A stretch of DNA of 60,489 nt from Clostridium sp. CAG:594 (GTDB lineage Bacteria > Bacillota_I > Bacilli_A > RF39 > UBA660), in contig FR881489.1 in assembly GCA_000434835.1 (NCBI GenBank), forward strand, positions 41,750-102,238. Reading direction: 5' to 3'. The notes below the pieces were generated by a model. The model was not told the origin of the DNA. It made no database searches and saw only the letters and a program-made list of their open reading frames with translations. The position numbers and the translations under genes are program-made. This document shows positions 33,893 to 42,811 of this stretch, in pieces. Numbering within the stretch: the stretch's first letter is position 1; each line of letters opens with the position of its first letter.

Positions 33893-36606
33893 TGAAAAAA
33901 AGAAGCAGCAAAGCAAGTAACATTGCAAATAATATTAAGGCTAAAACAAATGATGTTAAAAGGAAAGTTATAAAAGGTACAAATAATACTTCTAAAAGAA
34001 AAGTAAGTAAAAAGAAAAAGATGATTTTAAACATTCTTATAATTTGTGTAGTAGCTTTTGCATCACTTATGGCAGTATTTTTTGCCTATATTATTGTAAA
34101 GGCTCCTAAATTTGATCCAAACAACTTAAAATTCACTCAAATGTCAGAGTTATATGATACCGAAGGAAACATAATTACCAAAATGGGTAACGAAAACAGA
34201 ACTGAAATATCATATGATGACTTACCTGAGGTTTTAATAGATGCAATAATTGCAACAGAAGACTCTAAGTTCTTCCAGCATAATGGTTTTGACCTTGCAA
34301 GATTTATGAAAGCAAGTATGTATCAACTAGTTGGTAAAAATGGTGGTGGTGCATCAACTCTTACAATGCAAATTGCCAAAAATAACTATACTTCTACTAA
34401 ATCTAAAGGTTTTGAGGGAATAACTAGAAAGTTTACTGATATATATCTTTCAATATTTAAAATAGAAAGAAAATATACTAAAAAAGAAATTTTAGAATTT
34501 TATGTTAATGACTCTTACTTAGGTAACGGGGCTTACGGTGTTGAGCAAGCCTCATTAAACTACTTTGGTAAATCAGTTAGTGAACTTAACTTAGCAGAAG
34601 CATCATTTATAGCAGGATTATTCCAATCACCAACTTATTATAATCCTTATAACTATCCAGAACGTGCTGAAGGAAGAAGAAAAACGGTTCTTTACCTAAT
34701 GCAAAGACATGGTTATATAACTGAAGAAGAAAAAGAAATTGCAGAAAATTCTCCGATTACTTCATATATAAAGAAAACACAAACTTCTGGAACGTACTCT
34801 GAGTATCAAGGATATATTGATACTGTTGTTGAAGAGTTAGAAAACGAATATGATTTAAACCCATATACTACCCCACTTAAGATTTATACTGCAATGAATA
34901 GAAGCAAGCAAGACTTTGTTAATAAGGTTATGAATGGTGAGGCTTGGAAATGGGAAAACGAAAATGCACAAGCAGGTGTCGTAATGACTGACTCAGCAAG
35001 TGGTGAAGTATTAGCAGTAGGAGCCGGAAGAAATAAAAACTCCGAAAGATCATATAACTACGCTACGATGACAAACAGACAAATAGGTTCAACGGCAAAA
35101 CCAATATTTGACTATGGTCCAGCAGTTGAATACTTAGGTTGGGGAACGGTTAATTATATTGACGATACTCCAACAACATATAGTGATGGAACTAAAATAT
35201 CTAACTCAGATGGTGGATATAAAGGAAGGCTTCCGCTATATCAGGCACTTGGACTTTCAAGAAACGTAACAGCTTTAAAAACTTTCCAACAAGTATCTAA
35301 AGGAGCTGGTAACGATAAGATATTAAAATTCGCAAGTAGTCTTGGAATTACTCCAGAAGTAGATAAAAATGGCAAAATACATGAGGCTCATTCTATTGGA
35401 TCATTTACTGGTTCTACCAAAAAAGAAGAATCTAGAAACAGTCCAATGACAATGGCAGGAGCATATCAAGCATTCTCAAATGGTGGTTACTACATTAAAC
35501 CTCATACAATAAAGAAATTTGTATATAAAGACACTGATGAAGTAGTTGAAACAAAATCAGCTAAAACACGCGTTATGAATGACTCAACAGCATACATTAT
35601 TAACTACTCTTTAAACTGGTCTGCAACAGAAGGACTTGCTAAATCAGCCGCTGGTATAAGTGGTGTTCAAACAGCTGCCAAAACCGGTACTTCTAACTTT
35701 GATGAAGCAACTAGAAAGAGATATCATTTATCAAGTAAAGCGATAAATGACTTATGGGTATGTGGATATACTCCAAAGCAAACAATAACATTCTGGTATG
35801 GTTATGATAGTATAACAAAAGGTCATAGTACTACATCATCTTGGTCAACTCGTGATAAGTTCTATCGTAATTTAGCAGAAAACTTATTTGATAAAGACGG
35901 AAGCTCATTTGAAAGACCATCTAGCATCGAAGAGGTATCAGTTATAAGAAACTCTATTCCACTTAAAAAAGCCTTATACGGTGGTGTTGTTGGATACTTT
36001 AGAAAAGGAACTGGGCCTGATGAAACAGGAACTGAACAAGCAGAACAACTACCAAGTGTAAGTGGTGTTACAAGTAGTATATCTGGTAACACAGTACACT
36101 TAAAATGGAATGGTATTAGTGCTGAAGACATGGTAAACCTAAACTTTGATGACAGCTATGGAACACTTGGATATGACATATATGTAAAAGATGGTTCCGG
36201 TGGTTCTGAAGTATACGTTGGAACTACAACTAGTACATCATATACACATATAACAAGCTATTCAAATCCTGTATACGTAATATATACAGCATACTCTAAC
36301 TACAAAACAAACAGAAGTAAGGGCGTTGAACACAAAGTTTCGGTAACAAGTGATTTTGATGTTAAAATAAGTAATAGCACAATAGAACAAGGAAAGACGT
36401 TTGTCGATAACAAACCTATAATCGTTTTATATAACTCCGTTGATGTAACAGATGGGGCAACTATTACACTAGAATCTGGAAGCGTTGATACAAACATCCT
36501 TGGAACTTATAAACTAACTTATAAAGTAACTTATCAAGGAAAGAGTAAAACGGTAAGTAGAAACGTTACGGTAACAGCAACTAACACAACTAGTACAACA
36601 GAATAA
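33889..36606 (+). CDS. ponA: class A penicillin-binding protein (transglycosylase/transpeptidase) with C-terminal Ig/FN3-like extension
   Basis: GT51 motifs EDSKFFQHNGFD and GGASTLTMQ. Transpeptidase motifs STAKP, SRN and KTGT. ~200-aa beta-rich C-terminal extension. Forms the recU-ponA operon as in Bacillus. Confidence 0.9.
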   Translation: MMKKRSSKASNIANNIKAKTNDVKRKVIKGTNNTSKRKVSKKKKMILNILIICVVAFASLMAVFFAYIIVKAPKFDPNNLKFTQMSELYDTEGNIITKMGNENRTEISYDDLPEVLIDAIIATEDSKFFQHNGFDLARFMKASMYQLVGKNGGGASTLTMQIAKNNYTSTKSKGFEGITRKFTDIYLSIFKIERKYTKKEILEFYVNDSYLGNGAYGVEQASLNYFGKSVSELNLAEASFIAGLFQSPTYYNPYNYPERAEGRRKTVLYLMQRHGYITEEEKEIAENSPITSYIKKTQTSGTYSEYQGYIDTVVEELENEYDLNPYTTPLKIYTAMNRSKQDFVNKVMNGEAWKWENENAQAGVVMTDSASGEVLAVGAGRNKNSERSYNYATMTNRQIGSTAKPIFDYGPAVEYLGWGTVNYIDDTPTTYSDGTKISNSDGGYKGRLPLYQALGLSRNVTALKTFQQVSKGAGNDKILKFASSLGITPEVDKNGKIHEAHSIGSFTGSTKKEESRNSPMTMAGAYQAFSNGGYYIKPHTIKKFVYKDTDEVVETKSAKTRVMNDSTAYIINYSLNWSATEGLAKSAAGISGVQTAAKTGTSNFDEATRKRYHLSSKAINDLWVCGYTPKQTITFWYGYDSITKGHSTTSSWSTRDKFYRNLAENLFDKDGSSFERPSSIEEVSVIRNSIPLKKALYGGVVGYFRKGTGPDETGTEQAEQLPSVSGVTSSISGNTVHLKWNGISAEDMVNLNFDDSYGTLGYDIYVKDGSGGSEVYVGTTTSTSYTHITSYSNPVYVIYTAYSNYKTNRSKGVEHKVSVTSDFDVKISNSTIEQGKTFVDNKPIIVLYNSVDVTDGATITLESGSVDTNILGTYKLTYKVTYQGKSKTVSRNVTVTATNTTSTTE

Positions 36607-36609
36607 ATA

Positions 36610-36640
36610 AGTACCTTAAATTTAAGGTGCTTTTTTATTT
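36610..36640 (+). terminator. intrinsic terminator of ponA
   Basis: 9-bp stem agtacctta / taaggtgct (one G-U pair) at 36610-36631, followed by TTTTTTATTT. Confidence 0.6.
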
Positions 36641-36653
36641 CATAAAAAAATGA

Positions 36654-37301
36654 CTAGTCTTCATTTAACCAGTCATATTCGTAAGTTTCAGGAGTTTTTT
36701 CTTCTTCCCTTGCCTTTTGTTTTTCTATTATGTCAGTAGGCTTTTTTATACCTTTCTTATTCCATTCATATAAAATTTTATCTATGTATCTTAAATTATT
36801 AACACCATTAAACACGGCTTCTTTAAGCGCAGATAAAATAAGTTCGTTGCTTATCTTTTGCTCCTTCCAAGAATTAATTATTTCATATTCCATAGGAGAA
36901 AGAGTCCTTCCAAATTCTTTTTCAAAGTTATCATATAAATCTTTTTCATTATTCTCTTTCGTTTCCTTATTTAATATCTTAGAAAATATGATTTCATAAA
37001 ATAAACTTATATCAACCTTCTCTTCTAATACACCCGAATCATTCTTCTCCATAAGAATAAGTAAAATATTCTTATCCTTAAGAGTAGATAGTGCATTTAA
37101 AAGCTCTTTTTCAGTAAAATTAATATCTTCAATTATCTTTTTATAATCAAATATAGATTTGTTTGGTTTATTTAAAAAATAAATAAGTAAAATAAGTGAA
37201 TCCATATCTAAACCAAGTTCTTTAGCATAAGATAAAACATATCTTGGAACGGTATAATGATTTTCATTATTAAGTTCGTTCATTAACTCTTTTTTTAGCA
37301 T
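36654..37301 (-). CDS. dnaD: DnaD-domain replication initiation protein
   Basis: 215 aa. The C-terminal DnaB_2/DnaD domain FEKEFGRTLSPMEYEIINSW...NNLRYIDKILYEWNKKGI. Confidence 0.75.
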   Translation of the reverse strand: MLKKELMNELNNENHYTVPRYVLSYAKELGLDMDSLILLIYFLNKPNKSIFDYKKIIEDINFTEKELLNALSTLKDKNILLILMEKNDSGVLEEKVDISLFYEIIFSKILNKETKENNEKDLYDNFEKEFGRTLSPMEYEIINSWKEQKISNELILSALKEAVFNGVNNLRYIDKILYEWNKKGIKKPTDIIEKQKAREEEKTPETYEYDWLNED

Positions 37302-37326
37302 ATAAAATCACCTCTTTCTAAAAAGG

Positions 37327-37335
37327 ATTATAACA
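37327..37335 (-). promoter_or_regulatory. extended -10 element TGTTATAAT for dnaD
   Basis: The complement of attataaca lies 26 nt upstream of ATG 37301. AGAGGTGA Shine-Dalgarno sequence. Confidence 0.45.
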
Positions 37336-37352
37336 TAACTAGATACGTATTA

Positions 37353-38462
37353 TCAATATTTCTTATAGTTATCTAACACGTAACATTTTAACTCTTCATA
37401 ATTATTGTTTAATTCTTTGTATATTATTTTTTCTTCAATATCTTTAATTATGTTTTTTATAATACTTTTATCTTTAGGATTAATAAGATCTATTATATCT
37501 TTTCCGGTAAGTTTAATATCTGATGTCTTTTTTATCACTAAGTTATCACATCTGTCATAAATATCTTTAGTATCCATATTAAGTATTTGAGCAGCAATAA
37601 AGCACACGTAATTGCCTTTTTTATACAATTCCATATCATTAATCACATCATCTGTTAAAACATCATTTATGGCCTTTAAATAGTCTTTTTCATTAGATGT
37701 AAAAGGATATGAGGAAGAAGGACTAACCTGCGCCCATATACCTATTGGATCACTTGTCTTAACGATTTCATGTTTTAAATCTATATCTAAATATTCATCC
37801 AAAGAAAAATATTTTAAAAGACTAATTCCTTTAAGTACGTTAGGAGATGAAAAGATTCTATTTAGTTCCTGTTTTTTTCTATAAAATGATAAATCTTTAA
37901 CTAGCTTCCTATTATTTATTATGGCATCCTTTAATTCTTCATCAATAGAAAAATCAAGTTCGGTTGCAAACCTTATTGCACGAAGTATTCTAAGAGAGTC
38001 TTCTTTTAGTCTTCTGTTTGCATTTCCAACTGTTTTTATTACCTTATTCTCTATATCACACCTTGCATTTAATAAGTCAATAATGTTCTTATTTTTATCC
38101 ATGCATAACGTGTTCATAGTAAAGTCTCTTCTTCTTAAATCAATTATCAATTTATCAGTATAAACTATCTTAGAAGGTTTTCTTTTATCTTGATATTCTA
38201 GGTCCATACGGTACGTTGTAATTTCAAAATTTACTTTCTTATATACTAAATGCACGGATCCATACCCCTCAAACGGAAGTTTTACATCTTTAAATATCAT
38301 TTGCACTTCTTTTGGTGTAGCATTAGTTGCAATATCAACATCAAAACTATTTCTTCCTAAAATAATATCTCTTACAAAACCTCCAACTACATAAGCTTCA
38401 TAGCCAGAAGAATAAAACATTTGTAAAAGTTCACATGCTTTCTCTATCAAAGTTATCACCAT
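37353..38462 (-). CDS. cca: CCA-adding tRNA nucleotidyltransferase (PolyA_pol family)
   Basis: N-terminal GYEAYVVGGFVRDIILGRNSFDVDIAT and RRDFTMN motifs. No Shine-Dalgarno sequence before ATG 38462 (see findings). Confidence 0.8.
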   Translation of the reverse strand: MVITLIEKACELLQMFYSSGYEAYVVGGFVRDIILGRNSFDVDIATNATPKEVQMIFKDVKLPFEGYGSVHLVYKKVNFEITTYRMDLEYQDKRKPSKIVYTDKLIIDLRRRDFTMNTLCMDKNKNIIDLLNARCDIENKVIKTVGNANRRLKEDSLRILRAIRFATELDFSIDEELKDAIINNRKLVKDLSFYRKKQELNRIFSSPNVLKGISLLKYFSLDEYLDIDLKHEIVKTSDPIGIWAQVSPSSSYPFTSNEKDYLKAINDVLTDDVINDMELYKKGNYVCFIAAQILNMDTKDIYDRCDNLVIKKTSDIKLTGKDIIDLINPKDKSIIKNIIKDIEEKIIYKELNNNYEELKCYVLDNYKKY

Positions 38463-38466
38463 TATA

Positions 38467-38475
38467 ATTATAACA
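38467..38475 (-). promoter_or_regulatory. extended -10 element TGTTATAAT only 4 nt upstream of the cca ATG
   Basis: The complement of attataaca at 38467-38475. ATG at 38460-38462. The hup terminator ends at 38480. Confidence 0.4.
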
Positions 38476-38479
38476 AAAA

Positions 38480-38511
38480 TTCAAAAAGAAAAAACCATTT
38501 TCATGGTTTTT
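38480..38511 (-). terminator. intrinsic terminator of hup
   Basis: 9-bp stem aaaaaccat (38490-38498) / atggttttt (38503-38511) with a 4-nt loop. T-rich tail on the minus strand. Confidence 0.6.
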
Positions 38512-38513
38512 CA

Positions 38514-38789
38514 TTATTTGTTTACAGCTTCTTTTAACTTAGAACCAGCTTTGAATGTAACTGCAGTTCTAGCAGCAATCTTAACTGTTTCTCCAGTTCT
38601 TGGGTTACGACCTTCTCTAGCTGGTCTTTCTGAAGTTGCATAAGTACCAAATCCTACTAATGAAACTTTGTCTCCTGCCTTTAATGCTTCAGTTACGCTT
38701 TCAGTAAATGCGTCTAATGCACGAGCAGCATCAGCTTTAGTTAATCCAGCTTTTTCAGCCATTTTTTCTACTAATTCTTGTTTTGACAT
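38514..38789 (-). CDS. hup: DNA-binding protein HU
   Basis: 91 aa. Canonical HU sequence (LVGFGTY...[13 protein letters not shown]...I). Confidence 0.92.
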   Translation of the reverse strand: MSKQELVEKMAEKAGLTKADAARALDAFTESVTEALKAGDKVSLVGFGTYATSERPAREGRNPRTGETVKIAARTAVTFKAGSKLKEAVNK

Positions 38790-38903
38790 AATAAAACCTC
38801 CATATTTATGTTCATATCTATAAGCTACCTTGCTTACAATATAAGCGTATCATTTTTTACTAGTTATTTCAAGTATTTTTAGTACAAAAATAGTATTTTT
38901 TGC

Positions 38904-39443
38904 TTATTTATCAATGGTTTTAGCACTTTTTAACACTAATTTAACAACTAACCTTTCATCTTTAACACTTTTTTTACATGTAATTAGTATAAGTTCATTT
39001 GCTTTAGCACTATTTAAAATGTCTGTCTGCGTTTCTTTTACATCCATTTTTTCCTTAAATTGATAGGTTAGTTTAAGTTTATCTTTATAGATATATACAT
39101 TACTTTTACTATCTAATTCATCTAATCTATTAAAGTAGGTCCCATATCCCATACCAGAATGTCCTAGTATTACTATTCCTTCTTTATAATTATTATTTTT
39201 ATAATAAACTAAATATCTATCAAGTAATTTAAATTTATCATCTGATTTTTTAACTATATTTTTAAGAGAAATATCAGGGATATCTAAAACCATATCACCA
39301 TTATAATTAAACGAAGAATTATTATTAAAATAAGCTTTTACCATTTTATCATTAGAAGAATTTAATAATAGCATAAAAACCATATCTTTTGTAATTAGAA
39401 ATACACTTATGAAAAGAATTAAACTAACTAATATTTTTTTCAT
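38904..39443 (-). CDS. small sortase (class not assignable by eye)
   Basis: 179 aa. N-terminal TM anchor, catalytic His (VILGHSG), Cys (LILITCKK) and Arg (ERLVVKL). Overlaps the adhesin gene by 20 nt. Confidence 0.75.
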   Translation of the reverse strand: MKKILVSLILFISVFLITKDMVFMLLLNSSNDKMVKAYFNNNSSFNYNGDMVLDIPDISLKNIVKKSDDKFKLLDRYLVYYKNNNYKEGIVILGHSGMGYGTYFNRLDELDSKSNVYIYKDKLKLTYQFKEKMDVKETQTDILNSAKANELILITCKKSVKDERLVVKLVLKSAKTIDK

Positions 39444-40914
39444 AAATTAAAATTGATGAGCTTATAGAGAAAAGCAAAATATATAATAAGAAATCATTTC
39501 TACCAGTATTAGGTAAAACTTCTTCTTTTATCTCTTCTTTAGGCTTCGGAATTTCTTCTTTTTCTTTTGGTAAAAAATGATTAACTAACGCTATTTTTTG
39601 GATAACACCATCTTTAGTAACCTCAATTATTCTATCTTTTATTTTATCTACTCCATCTTTAGTAGATATTTGTCTAAGTGTATAAGTGCCATATGGTAAA
39701 GTAAACTCTATATTACCATTTTTATCTGTAACAAGATCCATTATGTGGTTTCCCAATATATCAAATACGTAGAATAATATTCCCTCTTCAGGTGTGCATG
39801 TATTATTTATTGGATCATCTAAAACCTTTGTAATATAAATTTTATTTTTAATTATTTTTTCAAACGATTTTATAACAACTTCCCTCGTTCCAGTTCCAAT
39901 AAACGTAGATGATATAGTTGGTGATTTAGTATATCCCACGCTTGGACTAATCTCTTTTATTCGGTAATTATTTTTAGGCAAATTATCAAATATAATCGTT
40001 CCATCTTTATCTGTTTTTTTAGTTTGAAGCAAATTATTATCTTTATCATATAATCCATATTCTGCTCCTTCTAATGAAACTTCGCTAGATGACTTATCTT
40101 TACTTTTAGTATCATCATCTAGTTTGTCAATTATTATCTTCCCATAAAATGATTTAACATCATACTCTTTAGAGTGTTCATAAGGAAACCCAAACGTCCC
40201 AATTGTTTGATATCCACTTTTATAATAGAACTTAGTTAACTTACCATTATTTTTTCTTTTTAAAGTAAATTTATTATTTCCATCAGATACTTTTATTTTT
40301 ATATTATTACCATCTTTTGTAACGTTTTGATTTTGGAATACGTCATAACCATTTAAAACATTGTTATTATCAGGAAGAATGATTTCATCTCCTACCATAT
40401 ATTCTTCTTTAAAATTAAAAGAAGGAGTTACATCGTATAGATTAACAAGTCTTAATATTTCGTTTTTATATGAATCAATATTTATTATATTACCACCAAC
40501 TTTTTTATCAGTCCACCATACGTTTTCTACGCCCATATACCTCCATATTAGCTCCTGAGTTGCCATATAATACTCTTTTGTATTATGTCCTTCATAACCA
40601 TATCCATAATATCCTATTAGGCTTAATCTTCTGGTATCTATCCCGCTTAATGGAGTATCATTTATGCTAGTAGTTGATGAATAATAAGAAGCCTTATGTG
40701 CAAGTATTCCAGGCTCAATACAGTAACCATAAACACCATTTACAGTCATCATTGCAAGATTTGTGATATGGTCACTTCCATTTCTATATTGATGTGCAAA
40801 TATGCTTCTGTCTAAATTCCAATCAACGTATGAATCATTTGCTAATGCCTTTACTTTTATAAATGGTAAAAGCATTATTACAGCAAGAAGAAGCAGCGTT
40901 ATTTTCTTTTTCAA
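39424..40914 (-). CDS. LPNTG-anchored surface adhesin with N-terminal thioester domain and two Cna-B/SpaA-type domains
   Basis: Signal peptide. Thioester-domain motifs YGYCIEPG (Cys) and YMATQELIWRY (Gln in Q...W). Two prealbumin-like repeats (LEGAEYGLYDKDNN...TDKDGTIIFDNLPKNNYRIKEISPSVGY; GILFYVFDILGN...TDKNGNIEFTLPYGTYTLRQ). Sorting signal LPNTG plus a hydrophobic tail. TTG start in a TTGA overlap with the upstream gene. Confidence 0.8.
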   Translation of the reverse strand: MKKKITLLLLAVIMLLPFIKVKALANDSYVDWNLDRSIFAHQYRNGSDHITNLAMMTVNGVYGYCIEPGILAHKASYYSSTTSINDTPLSGIDTRRLSLIGYYGYGYEGHNTKEYYMATQELIWRYMGVENVWWTDKKVGGNIINIDSYKNEILRLVNLYDVTPSFNFKEEYMVGDEIILPDNNNVLNGYDVFQNQNVTKDGNNIKIKVSDGNNKFTLKRKNNGKLTKFYYKSGYQTIGTFGFPYEHSKEYDVKSFYGKIIIDKLDDDTKSKDKSSSEVSLEGAEYGLYDKDNNLLQTKKTDKDGTIIFDNLPKNNYRIKEISPSVGYTKSPTISSTFIGTGTREVVIKSFEKIIKNKIYITKVLDDPINNTCTPEEGILFYVFDILGNHIMDLVTDKNGNIEFTLPYGTYTLRQISTKDGVDKIKDRIIEVTKDGVIQKIALVNHFLPKEKEEIPKPKEEIKEEVLPNTGRNDFLLYILLFSISSSILIYEKNIS

Positions 40915-41171
40915 TCTTTATTCACCCACGATTCAATATCATTAAATAATTTCGTTAAATATGGAGAACTTTTAGAGACTGTGTATAACTTTTTCTTATT
41001 ACCTTTTTCATCTTCTATTTCTTCTTCAGATTCTTCTATATCCTCCTCGTAGTTATCTAAGCTGTCTTTTTTCCTGATTAAGTTCATGAGCGCTTCTCTT
41101 GCAAGTGTTTTTTTTGCCACACTATCCTCATTTTCTATTTCTTTAATCGTAACAACAAATTTTCTAGTCAT
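40911..41171 (-). CDS. small acidic cytoplasmic protein, unknown function, translationally coupled to the adhesin gene
   Basis: 86 aa, with the E/D-rich centre DNYEEDIEESEEEIEDE. No signal peptide. The stop overlaps the adhesin TTG start. Confidence 0.5.
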   Translation of the reverse strand: MTRKFVVTIKEIENEDSVAKKTLAREALMNLIRKKDSLDNYEEDIEESEEEIEDEKGNKKKLYTVSKSSPYLTKLFNDIESWVNKD

Positions 41172-41266
41172 ATATTTTTTCCTTTCTTTTTTATGATTGT
41201 TTTTTAACTACAACAATTCAAAGTTATTTAACCATTAATTTCCTCCTTTCAAATTAATAGTTAGAC

Positions 41267-41312
41267 AAATTTTTGAAAAACCCCCTAAGAAATATGAAAA
41301 AAATTTAAGAAG
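41267..41312. repeat. copy A of a ~45-nt imperfect direct repeat (core AAAAACCCCCTAA)
   Basis: The 13-mer core at 41276-41288 is identical to 42747-42759, with further similarity (GAAAAA ... AAATTTA-GA-G) downstream. On the minus strand it can fold as a G-U-rich hairpin followed by a U-run. Confidence 0.6.
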
Positions 41313-41363
41313 TTTTGTCGAATAATTAAATACAATAAAAAAGCAAGGATTTCTCTTTGCTTT

Positions 41364-41507
41364 TCAAACTAATTCATATTTTCTTTCATATATTTTTTTA
41401 TTAGTTACGTATTTAAATAGATAACCATTTTTCTTTTTACACACGATAATACCAATGGTAAGTCCTTGATTAATTGCTTCATTTAAAATCAGCTTATTAT
41501 TTAGCGA
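41364..41507 (-). pseudogene. 3' remnant of a third DUF1016/PDDEXK gene
   Basis: A start-less 47-codon frame ...LILNEAINQGLTIGIIVCKKKNGYLFKYVTNKKIYERKYELV* resembles the C-terminus of the intact copies (NETIGIIITRKNGKLALEY / NPTVGILLSTNKNETIVKY). It lies 20 nt downstream of the intact gene stop and is followed by terminator hairpin 41341-41365 plus a T-run. Confidence 0.45.
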
Positions 41508-41527
41508 TTAGCTTTAATTTACTATGA

Positions 41528-42577
41528 TTAATTTTCTTCATTTAATTTGAAATTTTTCTTTTCTTCCTCAACAGCACTAATTAATTCTTGTTCAGTTGGC
41601 ATATGTAATTTATACTCAAAAGAAAATATTGTTTTATTATCTTCTGGTAATGTGTATTTTACAATTGTTTCATTTTTATTTGTTGATAGTAGTATTCCGA
41701 CTGTTGGATTTTCATCAGATTGTTTTATTTCTCTATCGTAGTAATTAACATACATCTTTATTTGACCAATATCTTGATGTGATACTTTTCCTATTTTCAA
41801 ATCAATAATTACAAAACATCTTAAAAGTCTGTTGTAAAAAACTAAGTCTGGATAAAAATGATCCTCTTCTAATGTTAATCTTACTTGATTACCAACATAA
41901 CTAAAACCCTTGCCTAATTCTAACAAAAACTCTTTTAAGTGTTCTATAATATTCTTTTCCAAATCAGATTCTAAATAACCGGTATTTTCTTTTATATCTA
42001 AAAATTCTAATACAAAAGGGTCTTTTACTAAATCTTTACTTGTTTTTAAAATTTGGCCTTTTTCGGATAATTCAAGTATTTTTTCTTTATCAGCAGATAT
42101 TGTTAATCTTTCATAAAGTAGCGAATCTCTTTGTCTTTGAAGTTCTCTAACACTCCATTTAGAATTAATCGTTTCTTTTAAATAAAAATTTCTTTTAGGA
42201 CCTTCATCAATTTTTATAAGTTCTAAATAATGAGACCAACTCAATTGCGGCGACACTGTTGTCGCAATTGGAAAGTATATATAAAACTTTCTCATCCTTT
42301 CTAGATTTCTCTTAGAAAATCCTTTTCCAAATTCATTAGTCAGTTTTTGAGATAATTTATCTAGTACAGAATCACCATAACTTGCTCTTTCATCACCTTG
42401 TTGTATTTTCATAATTGCTTTTCCTATATTCCAATACAAATTAAGCATTTCTGTATTAACTGTTTGATAAACTTTATTTCTGCTATTTATAACCAAATCT
42501 TTGATATTATCAAAAATATTATTTATTTCATTATCGTTATTTGTTAATTCATTTTTTATTTTCTTATAATAGCCCAT
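41528..42577 (-). CDS. DUF1016 (YhcG-like) PDDEXK nuclease-fold protein, second diverged copy
   Basis: YWNIGKAIMKIQQGDERASYGDSVLDKLSQKLTNEFGKGFSKRNLERMRKFY, SWSHYLELI, and the PD-(D/E)xK core YPDLVFYN...VIIDLKIGK. The track ORF starts at 42739, but ATG 42575-42577 (MGYYKKIK) follows AAAGGAGAAAAA. Start therefore set at 42577. Confidence 0.78.
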   Translation of the reverse strand: MGYYKKIKNELTNNDNEINNIFDNIKDLVINSRNKVYQTVNTEMLNLYWNIGKAIMKIQQGDERASYGDSVLDKLSQKLTNEFGKGFSKRNLERMRKFYIYFPIATTVSPQLSWSHYLELIKIDEGPKRNFYLKETINSKWSVRELQRQRDSLLYERLTISADKEKILELSEKGQILKTSKDLVKDPFVLEFLDIKENTGYLESDLEKNIIEHLKEFLLELGKGFSYVGNQVRLTLEEDHFYPDLVFYNRLLRCFVIIDLKIGKVSHQDIGQIKMYVNYYDREIKQSDENPTVGILLSTNKNETIVKYTLPEDNKTIFSFEYKLHMPTEQELISAVEEEKKNFKLNEEN

Positions 42578-42737
42578 TTTTTCTCCTTTCTTTATGATGT
42601 TTTTATCTTTCAAAATTTTAAAGCAAAAAATATCAAGTAAATTCGTCGATTTAACATCACTTATCCTTCTTACGATTTTTTTTATATAATCTATTTTGAC
42701 AAAGATACTTATCTTCCTCCTACATAAATAATTATCC

Positions 42738-42791
42738 AAAAATTTAAAAAACCCCCTAAATTTTCGAAAAATCTTTCAAAAATTTAGAGAG
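42738..42791. repeat. copy B of the direct repeat; doubles as the terminator of the ricin-GH25 gene
   Basis: Core AAAAACCCCCTAA at 42747-42759. On the minus strand, CUCUAAAUUUU (42779-42789) pairs with AAAAUUUAGGG (42754-64), followed by GGUUUUUU. Confidence 0.6.
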
Positions 42792-42811
42792 TCTATTAAA
42801 TTGTGCTTTAA

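Noticed and set aside
41224-41235. Mini-ORF ATG-GTT-AAA-TAA with a perfect GGAGGA Shine-Dalgarno sequence (complement of 41241-41246) in the leader of the adhesin operon
   Set aside because: Two sense codons are too short to argue for a leader peptide without conservation data. It could equally be the stump of a lost gene start left by the rearrangements at this junction. Noted but not called.
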